64,000 nt of DNA from Botryllus schlosseri (lineage: Eukaryota). Position numbers and translations under genes: made by a program. The DNA lies in NCBI GenBank assembly GCA_051294905.1, contig CM119371.1:39186001-39250000 (forward strand), written 5' to 3'. The notes beneath the pieces are model-generated. The model saw nothing but the letters and a program-made list of their open reading frames with translations. It ran no database searches and was not told the origin of the DNA. This document shows, piece after piece, positions 36,816 to 50,800 of the stretch. Every line of letters starts with the position of its first letter. Position 1 is the first letter of the stretch.

Positions 36816-39800
36816 ACCACAGGTTGGGAACCACTGGTCTATGGAATCAGACACCCACCGATTTTCTGGGAGATTGATTTGACGTGTGGCGAATGGCGAC
36901 AAACTTTATTTAGATCAGCTAATAATTTACTCATGGTTACTAAGTTATCTTGAATCGAGGGAATCGTCGGTAGTGAAAGAAAAATTTATAATCCCTCCCT
37001 TCCATAAATTAGCATTTTTTCTGAAATTCCAGTTGGAATCGGATTGTGGTGTATTGAACTGATAAAATTGCTAATAAACCAATGATGATGATGATTAGGA
37101 TTGGACATAGACTTGAATATGAAAAAGTTATGGATTAGGATTTGAAGGTTCGGATTTGGATTGGATTAGGACATAGAAATTCCAAATCCGTTAATCTCTG
37201 TTCCAAATAATCGCAACGACGCAGCGCAATGACCATAACAATGGTCCTTGCGCGGTTGCGATTGTTTCATGCTATGAACCGACAACAAATCTGCGAGTGT
37301 ATCATCACTCGACCGTGAATCACGTGACGAGAATCTATCCGTAGGTTAGTTATCTATAATTTGACAGTAATTTTCGACCGGTTTGCCGAGCGCGAAATTT
37401 GATAAAATTGGTATCCGTCGAATGCTATCGCAGTACTGTACTAGAGTTATCATCTGATCTATGTGTTTCTGTAAAAGCCATGAAAATACACAATGTCTGC
37501 TTGGAGTTGAGTAGAAGTACTTTCAAGTTCCAGGCCTGGCTACATGGCAGAAACATCGTTCCAAATCGACTTGCTCTCAACTTTCCGACCTACCAGACTA
37601 AATAACTGATCTCCGTCTTGATAAAACAAGACAACTCGTTTGCAAATCGCGTTTTATTGAAGTTTCATTCCAATAGCGCCCGGCATGACTACAATTACAT
37701 GCCGCAACTCGAACCGGGACGACCCGACGTAGCTTTGTACTATGATATCGCTAGCAAGATTACATGAAATTGAAGTCAAGCAAAGATAAAAAGTGCATCA
37801 TATGGTAGGGAGAGGGGGGTATGACACATAAAAATATTCAAATTCGCAGCATGTACTCATACCTATAAATGATTTCATTTCATGAATGCGCAAACTAGTC
37901 AGAATAAATTCTGATCTTATGTTGTTGTAAACCTCGTTAATTCATATCCAACAATAGCCTCATGCTTTGCTACCAGGGTTTGCCCAAACAAGACCAGTGC
38001 TCAACAGTACACTGTGAAATCATAGCGTATACACATCTAGACATGCAAACGCCACATTCAATGTGCACTGAGCAGTCTAGGCAAGCAACATTCGGTCTTA
38101 GCTATGTTGCTGTACGTTTCAATGAAATAACAAACAGTCCAGCACAAGCATTGGAAATGTCGAGATTTGAGATTGTGACATCTCATGCAGTTAAGACACA
38201 CCTCTAGATGCCAACTTTTTTCGCTAACGCTACAATTCCATACGACATGGCACCTTATAAACTCGTTAAAATAGTAACCTGTTTTCTAAATATAGATTTT
38301 GATTGCGTCAAAGCAATTATAGCTTTCAGAAAGAACAATTCACAAATTTTGCTACAGAAACGTGTGTGGTCTGGTCCATTTCGCGTTGCAGGGCTAGGCA
38401 CTGAGGCGAATCATGATTCCAGTTAAGCATGGTATATTATCCTTGGTCGTCAAATCTAGAAATATCGCGCAAAACAATACGTTTTTCGCAGTAATAATAG
38501 TCATACATCGCTATTTAATAGTAGCTCTCGTCACCAGCATACCAATATTTTAGTTTTTAATCCGTTAAAACCAGAGGTGGCCATGAAAATATTACTTCAG
38601 TTTTTCTCAGTGTGCTCAAGTACGATAAATGGCTACTTCACTCTCACTCAACAATATTTTAGGTAACGCTACTTACTTTTAGTAGTTTAGGGATAAGTTT
38701 ATATTACATATACGAAGAAATTGTTAAAACGACTAGGCGAAATAATCCGTGCATCATAGTGACTGAGTGTATTTTTGAACATTACACCAATTTATGGTGG
38801 CCCGAATTATTTTGCGCTAGTCTCGAAGATATATCCGACGATTAGCATTCTCCCAGAAGCTAACTTTACGATCTACGCCCTAAATATCATGGAGATGCGA
38901 AAAAAAGGCAGTACTGACGCTAAGGATACCGAAAACGTAATGCTAAACGCTAAATATTTGAAGAGATAATAAAAAATCGGGAGCACCTGCACACATTACG
39001 CGCTACTAATGACAGAGAATCTTAACCATATCACGCTACTATGCATAATCAATACACGGATCTGACGGATGTATAAATCCAACAGGGAATTTCAAAAAGT
39101 CAATGTACAACATGCATACAACATGCTAGGCTACCATTACATCAATAATTTGCTATTTGTCAACCATAAAATTCAAAAACGGAGCTGGGCAAGATCCAAG
39201 TGATTTGATTCTAAAATCGAGTCCAAGTTTTCCATCACTCATCTTAGAGGTGTTCAGCAACGAAGTACTTGATCATTTCTGAAGCACATTGCTCGAAAGG
39301 TCACGAATGGAAACTAGGAATACTCCCACTCCTACTAACAGTTTTCGGCGATAATATAACTATTCAACTCTCAGAGGGAAGGTGAGTATCATTTCAGAGG
39401 TTGAATAACCCTTTCTCACTGCTACACTAGAATCAATATACCCAGCCCTGAATACCACTTTGCACCTAACTGTGACATGTCATCAGATTCGATAAGGCCG
39501 ACTCCGTTAAAATGAATACCAAGCTCTATACAGGCACAGACAGCCTTGGAGTGTACAGCTACCCAGTTATGATACCAACAGTACATATATTCTATCAAGT
39601 TGGATATCAATACACTAAAATATTCCCCCGACAAAAAGATATGGTTGTAGCTTCAAGTGAGCAACACACGGAAAGGTAATCGAAACACAGTTAAAATAAA
39701 ACAGGCGCAATGCTTTCGACACGCATGGCAGCTTCGGAGATGCCATCGTTTCGATACCAGACGAATTTTAAAATGGTCTCGAAGACACGCCTTCCAATCT

Positions 39801-39925
39801 TACAGAAATGTTTGCGACGGTGAAATTGTCATTCTACACAACATTGATTAAGAATAGGGCCAGACAAATCTGAGTACCCGAGTGATTCGATTCTGAATGG
39901 AGCATTCGGCTTCGAGTCGAGTGTC

Positions 39926-40357
39926 CAGGGTTGTAATGACTCGACTTGAGTCGCGATTTTTCGGTGATTCGGCAGGACTCGAACCAAGTCATATGACTAG
40001 AGACTAGGACAGTCGAGACAGACATTTCATCGTAACTTCGAAGAATAGTAAAGTCACCACATTATTGCTATTTCGTCTGACAGTCCTGATACTTGGAAAA
40101 TAGGGCCAGAACCTGTTAAGACTGAGAAAAATAACAATATTATGAATGCGAGCCATTTTATATCACTCGGGCAGAGTTGAACAAATAGGTCTGGTCCGTA
40201 TTGAACTGAAAACTGAACACAATGACTTGGACTAGACCGTCTACTCACTGACTTGGACTCGGTGGTGAATTGAAAATGACTCAACTTGACTCGAGTCAAA
40301 ACTATAAAAGTGAGATTGTCTTGTGACTGGAGACCTTGCGACTTGGTTACAACCTTA
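39926..40357. mobile_element. GACTCGAGTC-rich hAT-type MITE
   Basis: Homologous to 26070-26664; TSD cgagtgtc/ccagtatc. Confidence 0.8.
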
Positions 40358-40859
40358 CCAGTATCTCCCATCATGAAGTACAAGAGTATAAACTAAGAAT
40401 GATGCGGAAAGTTAAAACATGTATGTTTTATGCGACCATAAAGAATACAATGTCGGTTCCACACCGTATCAAAGATAAATTGGTATATTTTCGGCCTTGA
40501 ACTTTGTAACAATGCAGCGGGTTAATTACGACTTCACAGATACGTTATTTCCACTAAGGTGAGTAGCTTTGTATTACATGTTTCGTATGCTGGAATACGA
40601 TCAACAAAGGTTTACAGCCTTCCTGAAGGGAAAATAATATTGAAACCGTTATTCTCGTTGATGAATCAATAAGGTTACATTTTCAGTACACCACCCGGCT
40701 CGAATCATTACAATTAATGCTCAATTCAGATTCGATCGCTCAAATTGTTGTGCCCAACCCTCTTGAGAATGGACGCGTATATGAAAAACTAACATTTATA
40801 TATAAAATCAATGACCCAATCGGTAAACTGAGTTGTTTGTAGCTATGTCGGATATATAC

Positions 40860-41521
40860 TAGGGCTCTTCAAAAATGACTTTTTTTCTCAAATCGCACTG
40901 GCTACTTGATAAAATTGTTAGGTTACCTAACTCAAGCCTACACACCCAATTCGATTCAATTCCAACCAGTAGCCGCATTGCTACTGGAGAAGAAAGTTTC
41001 TATTTACTATATAAAAATGAATAACAAAAATTTGAAAATTTTCTGTTCACGTCATGAAACTGTTAGGTTGTCTACAGACACGATGTTCACCAAATTTGGT
41101 TGAATTCCAACCAGTACAAGCGGAGTTATTGCCGTCGAAAAATTTGGATTTGAATAAAATAGTATTTACGGCGGGCACCACGATAATAAATAATTAAAGA
41201 ATGGGTCCCCGTGAATACTATTTTATTCATAATCCAAATTTTTCGACGGCGATAACTCCGCTTGTACTGGTTGGAATTCAACCAAATTTGGTGAACATCG
41301 TTTCTATAGACAACCTAACACTTTCGTGGTGTAAACAAAAAATTTTCAAATTTTTGTCATTTATTTTTATATAATAAATAGAAACTTTCTTCTCCTGTAG
41401 CAATGCGGCTGCTGGGTGTAATTGAACCGAATTTGGTGTGTACGCTTAAATTAGGTAACCTAACAATTTTACCAAGTAGCCAGTGCGATTTGAGAAAAAA
41501 AGTCATTTTTGAAGAGCCCTA
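40860..41521. mobile_element. Palindromic (foldback) hAT-type MITE
   Basis: ~320-bp inverted arms TAGGGCTCTTCAAAAATGAC...; TSD atatatac/atatatgc. Diverged relative at ~47379-47985. Confidence 0.92.
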
Positions 41522-41885
41522 ATATATGCAATGATTGAATGATATATTCATATTGAAATAATTTTTGTATAGCGATAGTTCTTTCCAATTCTCTACAAGT
41601 TGCTGACGATTACCCCTGACGAGTGTCAGCCGTACATATTCGGGTTCATTTCAATACGAATATACCATTCAATTGTATATTGAAGTTCCGCACCTCCGAT
41701 TGTCTCTCGGCACGCAACGGTAGTTGGAATGACGCTTTATAACAAACTATAGAGAGTGCCGTAACCATTCCATTATACTCACAAGCCGCGCGACGCAGAA
41801 TACTGTCCGTTCAATTAAAATTTAAAAAAACCAACCACGTTGGTTAGGTAGTTCGGTTCGAGCATGCGGGCGATCCGTGCGCCGA

Positions 41886-44800
41886 TCACGATATTACAAT
41901 ACTCGAATTACACGGAGAGTCTAAATTGCCGAAGCTGGCGGTCCTTCGGACGTTAGTCTTGATGGCGGTCCGGAATTTATCGCCACAAACGCGCGTTGTG
42001 GCCTGAAATGCAAAAGAGAATTACAAACACTGGAAACGGTGTCAAATTAATAATAAAAATGAATCACATCGGGTAGATATCACGATTGGAGCTTGACCGA
42101 TTATTGGATTGTCGATATCACAGATCGAAAGAAATATTGGTATCGGACACGGTTGTAATAACTCGAGTCAATCTGTGTATTGACTCGACTTGTACTCGAG
42201 TCATTGTGAAGTCGAACCAAGTCATATAACTCAAGTCTAGGACGGCCAAGACAGACATTTCATTGCAATTTTGAAGAATAGTGAAGTCCCCACATTATTG
42301 GTAATTCGTCTATCAGTCACGACACTTGGAAAATAGGGTCAGAAACTGTTATGACTGAGAATAATTACGATTTTATGATTTCTAGCCCCTCTTATATCTC
42401 TCGAGCAGAGTTGAAAATAGTGGGGCGAGCCGGATGGTGCTCAAAACTGAACAGCGACCATAATGACTTGGACTCGAGTTAAAACACTATGACTCGGACC
42501 CTCTACTCACCGACTTTGTCAGAACACTCAAGCAGGTTTTGATTGTGCCTACTATCAAAGTTAGAGTGAGTGTTTTTTACACCACTTCCGTTTCCAATTA
42601 ATGTCTTGTAGGCAGGCGCGTAGCCAGCCGAAAAATAAGGAGGGGGTTTTGAAATAAAAGGGAGGGGTTTCGCTTTTTTTCAAATTTATTAATATAGCAT
42701 CAATTCATTAGGGTCAAGTACATGCTTAAATGACGATCATACAATCTCCTCCTGTTGACGATTCTACGCGTATGATAAGCTTGTCGACGAGTCCGGAAGT
42801 GCTGTCAATTAGCGAGTCCCTGAACTGTCCTGAAGAATTAAACATGCCCGCTTATCTACGCGTCTTACGTAGCCTCGGCGACGATTCGCGCTGGTCAAAA
42901 TGTCCAAGTATTTAAGGAATGGGTGCTATAATGACCGCGATTTCAGGTGGTTCAAACCTTTCCTCCTTTATAACTCAAGCCTTGACACACATCTTCTGAT
43001 GGTTATGTTCAAGTAGTAGCGGAAATCAATTACGCATGTACGCAAGCGTCGCACATGTTTGCAGACATTCGATGTCGTTCAGTTTCGCGATATCACTCTT
43101 TAATCACAATTGTTAATCAGCATATACTTAACGGGATTGTCTCCAAGCCATCGGAAGATAGGAGCCAAAGCCTGCAAGGCCTGAGAACCAGTAGTTAGGC
43201 CAGCGATAATATCTTTCGCACTAGGCCTGTTGCAGATGTGATTGTGTAGGACAGCGATTATATCGTGCGCACCAGACCAATGCTGATGCGATTGCGAAGG
43301 CCATTGATGGTATAGTGTGCACAGGGTCTATTGCAGATGCGATTCTTCAAGCCTCCGGAACTAGGCTTGTCGGAGACGCGATTAATCAGGCCAGCAACGA
43401 TTGCAGAGCGCGCGGCAATCAATGACCTAATTTCGCAATCATCTCAGCGGGAGATCGCGTCACGTTACAACGTGCACAGACAAATCTCGCTAAATGGCAG
43501 AACCCCTGATGCTAATTGGCCGCGCGCAACACTGACAATAAGACTTGTTAAATTGCAACTGAATATTAGCTTCAGAAAGGTCATTTCAAAAGGACGGGGT
43601 TTTGCGTTTAAGGAGGGGATTTCACGCTTCAAAAGTAGGGGGTTTCGACCCCCGAAACCCTCCCTCTGGCTACGCGCCTGCTTGTAGGCAAAACTGCTAA
43701 ATTGCAAGTACAAGTTATGATGTCCTATACGTCCCAAAACCTCTTCCAGTGGACCCAAAACGACTTCCAGTGGAAGAACAAATATAAAGGTGTGAAATGT
43801 ACGAGGGTTGCATGCTTTTAGCAGTTCAACGGAGTTGGCTACTGCGACCACAAAGAAATCATGCCAGGCCCACATCACCTATAAGATTACTTGGTACTCG
43901 GAACATACAACGTGGCAAAGCAACACTCACTTCCAGCTTCAAGGCCCTTTCCTTATTCAAGACGGCGACGTTAAACACCAAGTTGTTTTCGTCCGCGAGT
44001 TGCCGCAGCTCAAAATAATACTTTGCGTACACGCCGCTGGGCACGTTGGTGTTGAACTGGAGCAGTTCCAGAAACTGACGTTCCAGTTCGTTCCTGGAAG
44101 AAAATACACAGACTTTATAGCCGCGTGACGGCGTTCAGGGATGAGCCATTTAGTTACAGTAGAGCTGAGAGTTTCAATTACGCTTGACAGCTAGATAATA
44201 ATTGTTGGATAATTAGACCTATTAAAGCGACATGTCGGTAAACTAAGTTGTGAAATGCTTTTATGCTATCATTTCAATTGAAATCTTTGAATACTATATT
44301 CACATTGAAATGAACCCGGATATTTTCGACTGACACTCGTCAGAAGTAATCGTCAGCAACTAGCTGAGAATTAGAAAGAACATTGTATATCGACAGTCGT
44401 ATCACAAAATATGACGTCACCAGCATAAAGTTCAGGGTTGTAACCAAATCACAAGACTCCGAGTCACAAGTTTATCTCACTTTTATAGTTTTGACTCGAG
44501 TCATTTTAATTCACCACCGAGTCAAGTTCGAGTCCAAGTCAGCGAGCAGAGGGTCGGGTCCGAGTCATGGTATTATGACTCGAGCCCGAGTCCAAGTCAT
44601 TGTGTTGACTGCTCAGTTTCGAGGTAAAGTCTTTTTAAAACCTTTTTTCATAAGTCCGCTTGGAGATATCGAATGGTTTGCATTTATAATATAATCATTT
44701 TCCTCACTTTTAACAGTTTCTACATTTTTAAGTACCAGTACCAATAGGCGAAATAAAAACAGCGTGGTTACTGTACTATTCTTCGAAATTACACTGAAAT

Positions 44801-47800
44801 GTCGGTCTTGGCCATCAAGCACTCGAGTCATATGACTTGGTTCGAGTCATGCGCAATGACTCAAGTTCAAGTCGAGTCAAAACACAGATTGACTCGACTC
44901 GACTCGAGTCACTTCCGTGTTTTGATAAAATGACTCAAGTCAAGTCGAGTCATCAGAAAATCGCGACCCGAGTCGAGTCATTACATCCCTGATAACGTTT
45001 CAATTAAGACAGCGTTCAATGTAGTATTCATAGATGTTTACCATTTAAAAAAAAATTGAACATTGTACGTTCTGTTATTCGAAATTTCATGCTGGCGACG
45101 TCATATTTTGTGATGCGATTGTTGATATACAATGTTCTTTCCAATTCTCTACTAGATGCTGACGAGTGTCAGCCGAAAATATCCGGGTTCATTTCAATAT
45201 CAATATACTATTCAATTGTATATTAAAGTTCTGTACCTCCAAGAAGCTATTCAGCGCTTCATTTCCTTCATTCTTGAAAATTGCTAATTCTACTTGTAAA
45301 TGGCTAGAAATTTACAGCGATTCTTATACTTCTAAATAGTACTAATGCAGACTGATAAGACCACGCCCGGATGCAAAATAGTGCTGATTACAATATACAG
45401 AATCTCACATATCCTCCACAGTCATATCTTTCAAAATCTGGCAGTAGTCCACGTTCCAGACGGCCTGGTCGTCCCACACTTTCGAAGCCAAGAGAATAGC
45501 ACCTGGACACAAAACAGGACCAGATTATCAGCTGGTCCGTCAATTCCTGCATCATATTTGAATACGGCAAAGTAACAATTGTGATATAGAGATATAAAAA
45601 GCAACACATCCATATTCGTAGCAGGGATGTAACCAAGTCACAAACTATCCAAGTCGATCTCACTTTTATAGTTTTGATTAGAGCTAAGTCGAGTCGTTTT
45701 CAATTCACCGCCGAGTCAAGTCCGGGTCCAAGTCAGGGATCAGAGGGCGATTCCAAGTCATAGTATTATGACTCGAGTCCGAGTCCCAGTCATTGTGTTG
45801 ACTGCTCAGTTTCCAGTTAAAGTCTCGTTAAATCCACTTTTATAGCTCTGTTCGGTGATATCGAACAGTTTGCAGTTTATAATATACTAATTTTCCTCAC
45901 TTTTAGCAGTTTCTGGTCACGTTTTCAAGTACCAGTAGCAATAGACAAAAACCCATTAGCATGGTTACTTTGAAATTACAATGAATTGTCCGTCTTGGCC
46001 GCACAATCATCATGAGCTTCTTTGTACAGGAACCAATACCCACGAAGTCTTGCTTCAGTTAGGATATTGCGGTGTGTCGAGCATAACAACATGTCAGCCT
46101 TTTTGTTTCATTTGACCGTTTATGATTCACAATGAGCAGACAATGGGTGGGCCGTCTACAATGGTAGGCCTATAAAGTAGGCTTCAAGATTTATGTGAAA
46201 TTTATTTTATATTTATGTAAGTTCACCGACAGTGCAAACATCTAAGATGCAGGTTGCAGAAAAATTTTGACTTTGTAAACAATTTTGACAATTTTTGACT
46301 CAACGGTACAATTTGGACCTATTTTGACATGTCAAAAAATCGCCTATTTATTAGTTAGTTGTGTTTTAGTTAGCAAGTCGCAGTTGCTAGTTTTGAAGCC
46401 ACTAGCTCTATTTCAAGTTCTAGTTGAACATTTTTAAAACTGGTAGAGACATCAATGGGCACCATCACAGTAATGATAGTGTAGCAGTGTTTCAACCTGA
46501 GTATCGTAACCAATTTACGGTCACACACAAAGAATACCTTAACCCAATAAATCCTACAACAGCAGTTTGCAACAGCACGACTTCGAGATGATTATAGACC
46601 ACCTTTGAATAGGATTTTATCTTAAGCATTTAGATTTTTCCACTGGCGGTGTTGTGTAGGGTTATGCTGCTGAAGTGTGAGCCAAGTTGTAATACAGCAA
46701 GCCAACAACAAAATAATGTACGAGTTATACATATAAATAGACTATTAAAGCATCTATAAATGATATTGAAATATAATTTGATTTTGTGCCTGGTAACAAT
46801 AGCCACTGAACGAGATAAAAAAAATCATAAGAGATCTACAACAAATATGTAGTTATGTCTTCAGCATCTGTAGCATGACACCATACAAAAATATTGCGCC
46901 AAAGTTGTATCTTCAGATCGATCTCCTTCAAAGTGGTCATTGAGATACCTTCAACCCATTCTTTAGTATTCCTAATGACTATCATGCAGTTAACGAGTGC
47001 ACCTACCTAGTACGATACGCTTCCAATTCCCAGGGCATAAAATAATCTCCGCGTATGTTAATAACCTCTCCAAATAAACCTGAAAAGAGGAGGAACCAAG
47101 TCACTAATGGCACCGATAATCCATCCAAAGATCATCAGCAGCGTACCAAGAAGCAATCAATACAATCAATAACTGATTTGACGTTAATAATGTAAAAAAA
47201 CTGTGTATGAGATTGGGATAAAGGCGCATATATATTGATAGATATAATTGTTCCGCCGATGACAACATTTACCGGTTAAATAGACGTGGACTGAGGAATA
47301 TAAATAGAACGATATGAGAAAAAATCATTTTAATATACTGGCGTGTCTCTCATTCTTGATGGAATAGCGGTGCGCTCATTAGGATTGTTAAAAAATAACC
47401 TTTTTCTCAAAGTTCACGGCCCACTTGATAAAATTGTTAGGTGGCCTCGAAAAAACACTGCCCAGCACACCAATTTAGGCTCAATCCAAAACTATATAAG
47501 CATTGCTATATAAGAAAAAGTATCGGGAATATTATAAAATAATATTGCTGGCTACCCAATGAAATTGTTAGGTTGTATGAAGAAACGATGCACAACAAAT
47601 TTGGCTCAATTCCAACCAGTAGTAGCGAAATTATTCGAGTAGAAAATTCCTCAATTGTTTACTAAGGAACTACCCACCGTGAACACTATGTTTTGGAATC
47701 CAAGATTTTGAACATCGATAACTTCGTTCCTACTGGTTGGAATTGAGCAAAATTTGTCGCGTATCGATTTTTCAGACAACCTGATAATTTTGTCAGGTAG

Positions 47801-50800
47801 CCAATGAAATTCGAAAAAATTTGAGGGTGGTTCTTAGTAAATATATCCACAGCTTTTTTCTTATATAGCAAGGCTTCCATAGGTTGAAATTGAGCCAAAA
47901 TTGGTGTGCAGTGTTTTTTAGGCAACCAACAGTTTTTATCAAGCAGCCAGTAAAATTCGAAAGAAAAAGTCACTTTTGAGTGTTTCGTAGTTTCACGAAT
48001 GCAATTTCATCGGTAATTGATGGCAAAACGAATAAACTTGACAACGAGCTCTGTCACGGGGATTGGGCAGTAAGGTAGAGCAAACAAAGAAGTCTCCCAG
48101 GAATTACAACTATTAGATATTTTATCGCATGATCAGCGGGCTGATAGAAATTTGAATAATATATTCATATTGAAATATGCTCAAATATTTTTTCGGCCGA
48201 CACTCGCCAGGGGTAATCGTTACGAACTAGTAGAGATTTCAAATCAAGTTTGTAGCTCATATCGACAATCGTGATGTCATATTTAGCGATATGATTGTTG
48301 ACATACAATTTTCTTTTCAATTCTCTGCTAGTTGCTGACGATTACCCCTGACGAGTGTCAAGCCGAAAATGTTCAGGTTCATTTTAATATGAATATACTA
48401 TTCAAGAAAAGAAAATCCTCACCAAAGTAACTATTGCACATTCCGCAGTCAATTGCGCCGCGCTAAATAACGTCCTGATGAAGCGATAAATATGACGATG
48501 TTCCGGCTCTCGCTTGTCGTAATCCGACGGCACACGATCGCGCTGAAATGGAGATCGGAAAAACGCTGGTCATAAGTCTTGTTACCGTATCAACCAATCG
48601 AACCTTGGCAGGTTACTCGCGAACATTGCCGGCCATCAAAATACACCACTTGGACAACAAATTTTCAGATTTTCTAAATTAGATAGAATTATTGCTGTAC
48701 ATTCTTTATCCAAATTGGACTCGAATTAGAATTATAGCCACTTGACTAGTATATTTTCGGCTGACACTCGTCAGGGGTAATCGTCAACAACTAGTAGAGA
48801 ATTCGAAGGAACATTGTATATCAACAATCGTATCGCAAAATATGACGTCACCAGCATGAAATGTCGAGTTAAAGGGCGTTCAATGTACTATTTTTAAGTG
48901 GTACACGAACTCTTCTTTGTTTGCGCGAAAAATTATCGAGACGACTGATTTCGCGTACTCGGAAAGGGTCGTTCACACTTTCATTTGTGTGCCTTGGAGT
49001 CGACTTTTATCAAAATGCACCAGCCAAGGCTGTGTCAACAAAATGAGTTCGTGTATCATCTAAAAATAGTACATTGAACGCTCTCGTATTCGAAATTTCA
49101 TGCCGGCCACGTGAGATTTTGTGATACGATTGTTGATATACAATGTTCTTTCCAATTCTCTGCTAGTTGTTGACGATTACCTCTGACGAGTGTCAGTCGA
49201 AAATATTCGGGTTCATTTTAATATCAATAAACTATTCAATCGTATATTGAAGTTCTGTAGGCTACCTCCAAGATGCTGTTTAATTATAGCCACACAGTTT
49301 ATTCCAAACTAGATTAAAATTAAGAATAATAGCTAGTTTTTTTCAAATTTGACTAGAATTAGAATTATAGCGACACAGTTCTTCCAAATTAGATTAGAAT
49401 TAGGATTGTAACTGGTTTTTTTTCCAAATCACCTTAGAATTAAAATTGTAGCCACAGTTTATCCCAAATTAGATTAAAATTAGAATAATAGCTACACAGT
49501 TTTTTACAAGTTAGATTAGAATTAGAATTATAGCTAACACTTTTTTCCAAATTGGACTAGAATTGGGATTATAACTATTTTTTTCTCTACTAATTTCGTT
49601 AGAATTAAAATTGTAGCTACAGTTTATTCGAAATTAAATTAAAATTAGAATAACAGCTACACAGTCTTTTCCCAGTTAAGATTAGAACTAGAATTATAGC
49701 TAACATTTTTTTTAAAAATCAGATTAGAATTAGGATTATAACTAGTTTTTTTTTCAAATCACGTTAGAATTACAATTGTAGCTACAGTTTCCAAATTAGA
49801 CTAAAATTAGAACAGCTACACAGTTTTTTTCCAAATTAGACTAGAATTACAATTAGGCCTATAACTAGTTTTTTTCTTCAAATTAGTTTTTGATTAAAAT
49901 TATAGCTACAATTTTTTCCAAACTAGTAATTACTGACTTCGCAAAAACTTGAATAGATGGAAAACATAAATGGAATGGAGTTTGTCGATATCAAATCATA
50001 AGAGTTCAATTCTCATACGCACGAGAACTGCAAATGCCTGTGTACAGAAAACTCGGCTCGACTTCCAGTGTAGAGTTCTCCTGTAGCTATTTCAGGTAAA
50101 CCAGAAATCAGGCCAACATCACGATTACAATTAGATCGTAGAAACATTTTACAGATCAGACTAGAATCAGATTGATGGCATCCGGCTTTTAGAATTAACT
50201 AGTTGTCCAAGTTTGCTACTAACGAACATGATATATATAAAAATTGATATTGGGTTACCGGCCTCCGAAACCCCCCCTCTGCTATGAACAACTAAAAATC
50301 GAAAATATCTCACTGTCAAAGGATGCTTTTTTTCATCGAAAATTTCCATAGTCTTCTTTTCACTGTCCCATTTTTCGATGAGGTGATAAACAGCTAATGC
50401 GACGCTGTATAGACAGAAAATACGGGTGGCAACAATATTGGGTAACGGAATTAGTTTCATCACGTGCCTGATATTGCAAATTGACTATGACTCACTTGTA
50501 TCCGAATGGAGTGTTAATTCTGATTATTTGAGTCGAGAGAGATGAGATTTGAGAGAACTGAATTATAAGCTCCTCGCCACTGAGGGTTAATTTATCCACG
50601 ATTGTAGTTTCAATACTATTCTCTACTGGGGAAGGGCTGTGATCCTAGCCTGGTACGTTAGTGGAAATGACCCCTTTGTGAAGAGGTGAAGTATTTGCAG
50701 TAGCAAAATTTCTAATTTCATGATTTTACAATAAATATTTGCCGAGTTAGTCACCGTAAATACTAATTTATTCAAATTCAAATTTTTCTACTGCAATAAC

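Larger units (their letters stand above)
33851..36836 (-). mobile_element. hAT (Buster/Charlie-like) deletion derivative with transposase C-terminal remnant
   Basis: TIR CAGTGGTTCCCAACC; perfect TSD gtctatgg. ORF 36052-36279 (YSTLASRA...FPSTSECEQGFS...DFRCAVS..PRIDQLVENEQVQPSH) matches the hAT dimerisation-domain tail pattern. Confidence 0.92.
33617..37200. mobile_element. hAT-type MITE with (GGATT)n subterminal repeats (nested)
   Basis: TIR CAGAGAT.../...ATCTCTG; TSD ttccaaac/ttccaaat. Confidence 0.88.
32306..37358. mobile_element. TATAGATAAC foldback element hosting a nested stack of hAT MITEs
   Basis: Long TIRs (~100 bp); 7-bp TSD atttgac. The uninterrupted host repeat at ~59670-59810 has a single atttgac. 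Confidence 0.85.

Noticed and set aside
49275..49930. CRISPR-like regularly spaced repeats
   Set aside because: Head-to-tail degenerate units without unique spacers; no cas genes; eukaryotic context.
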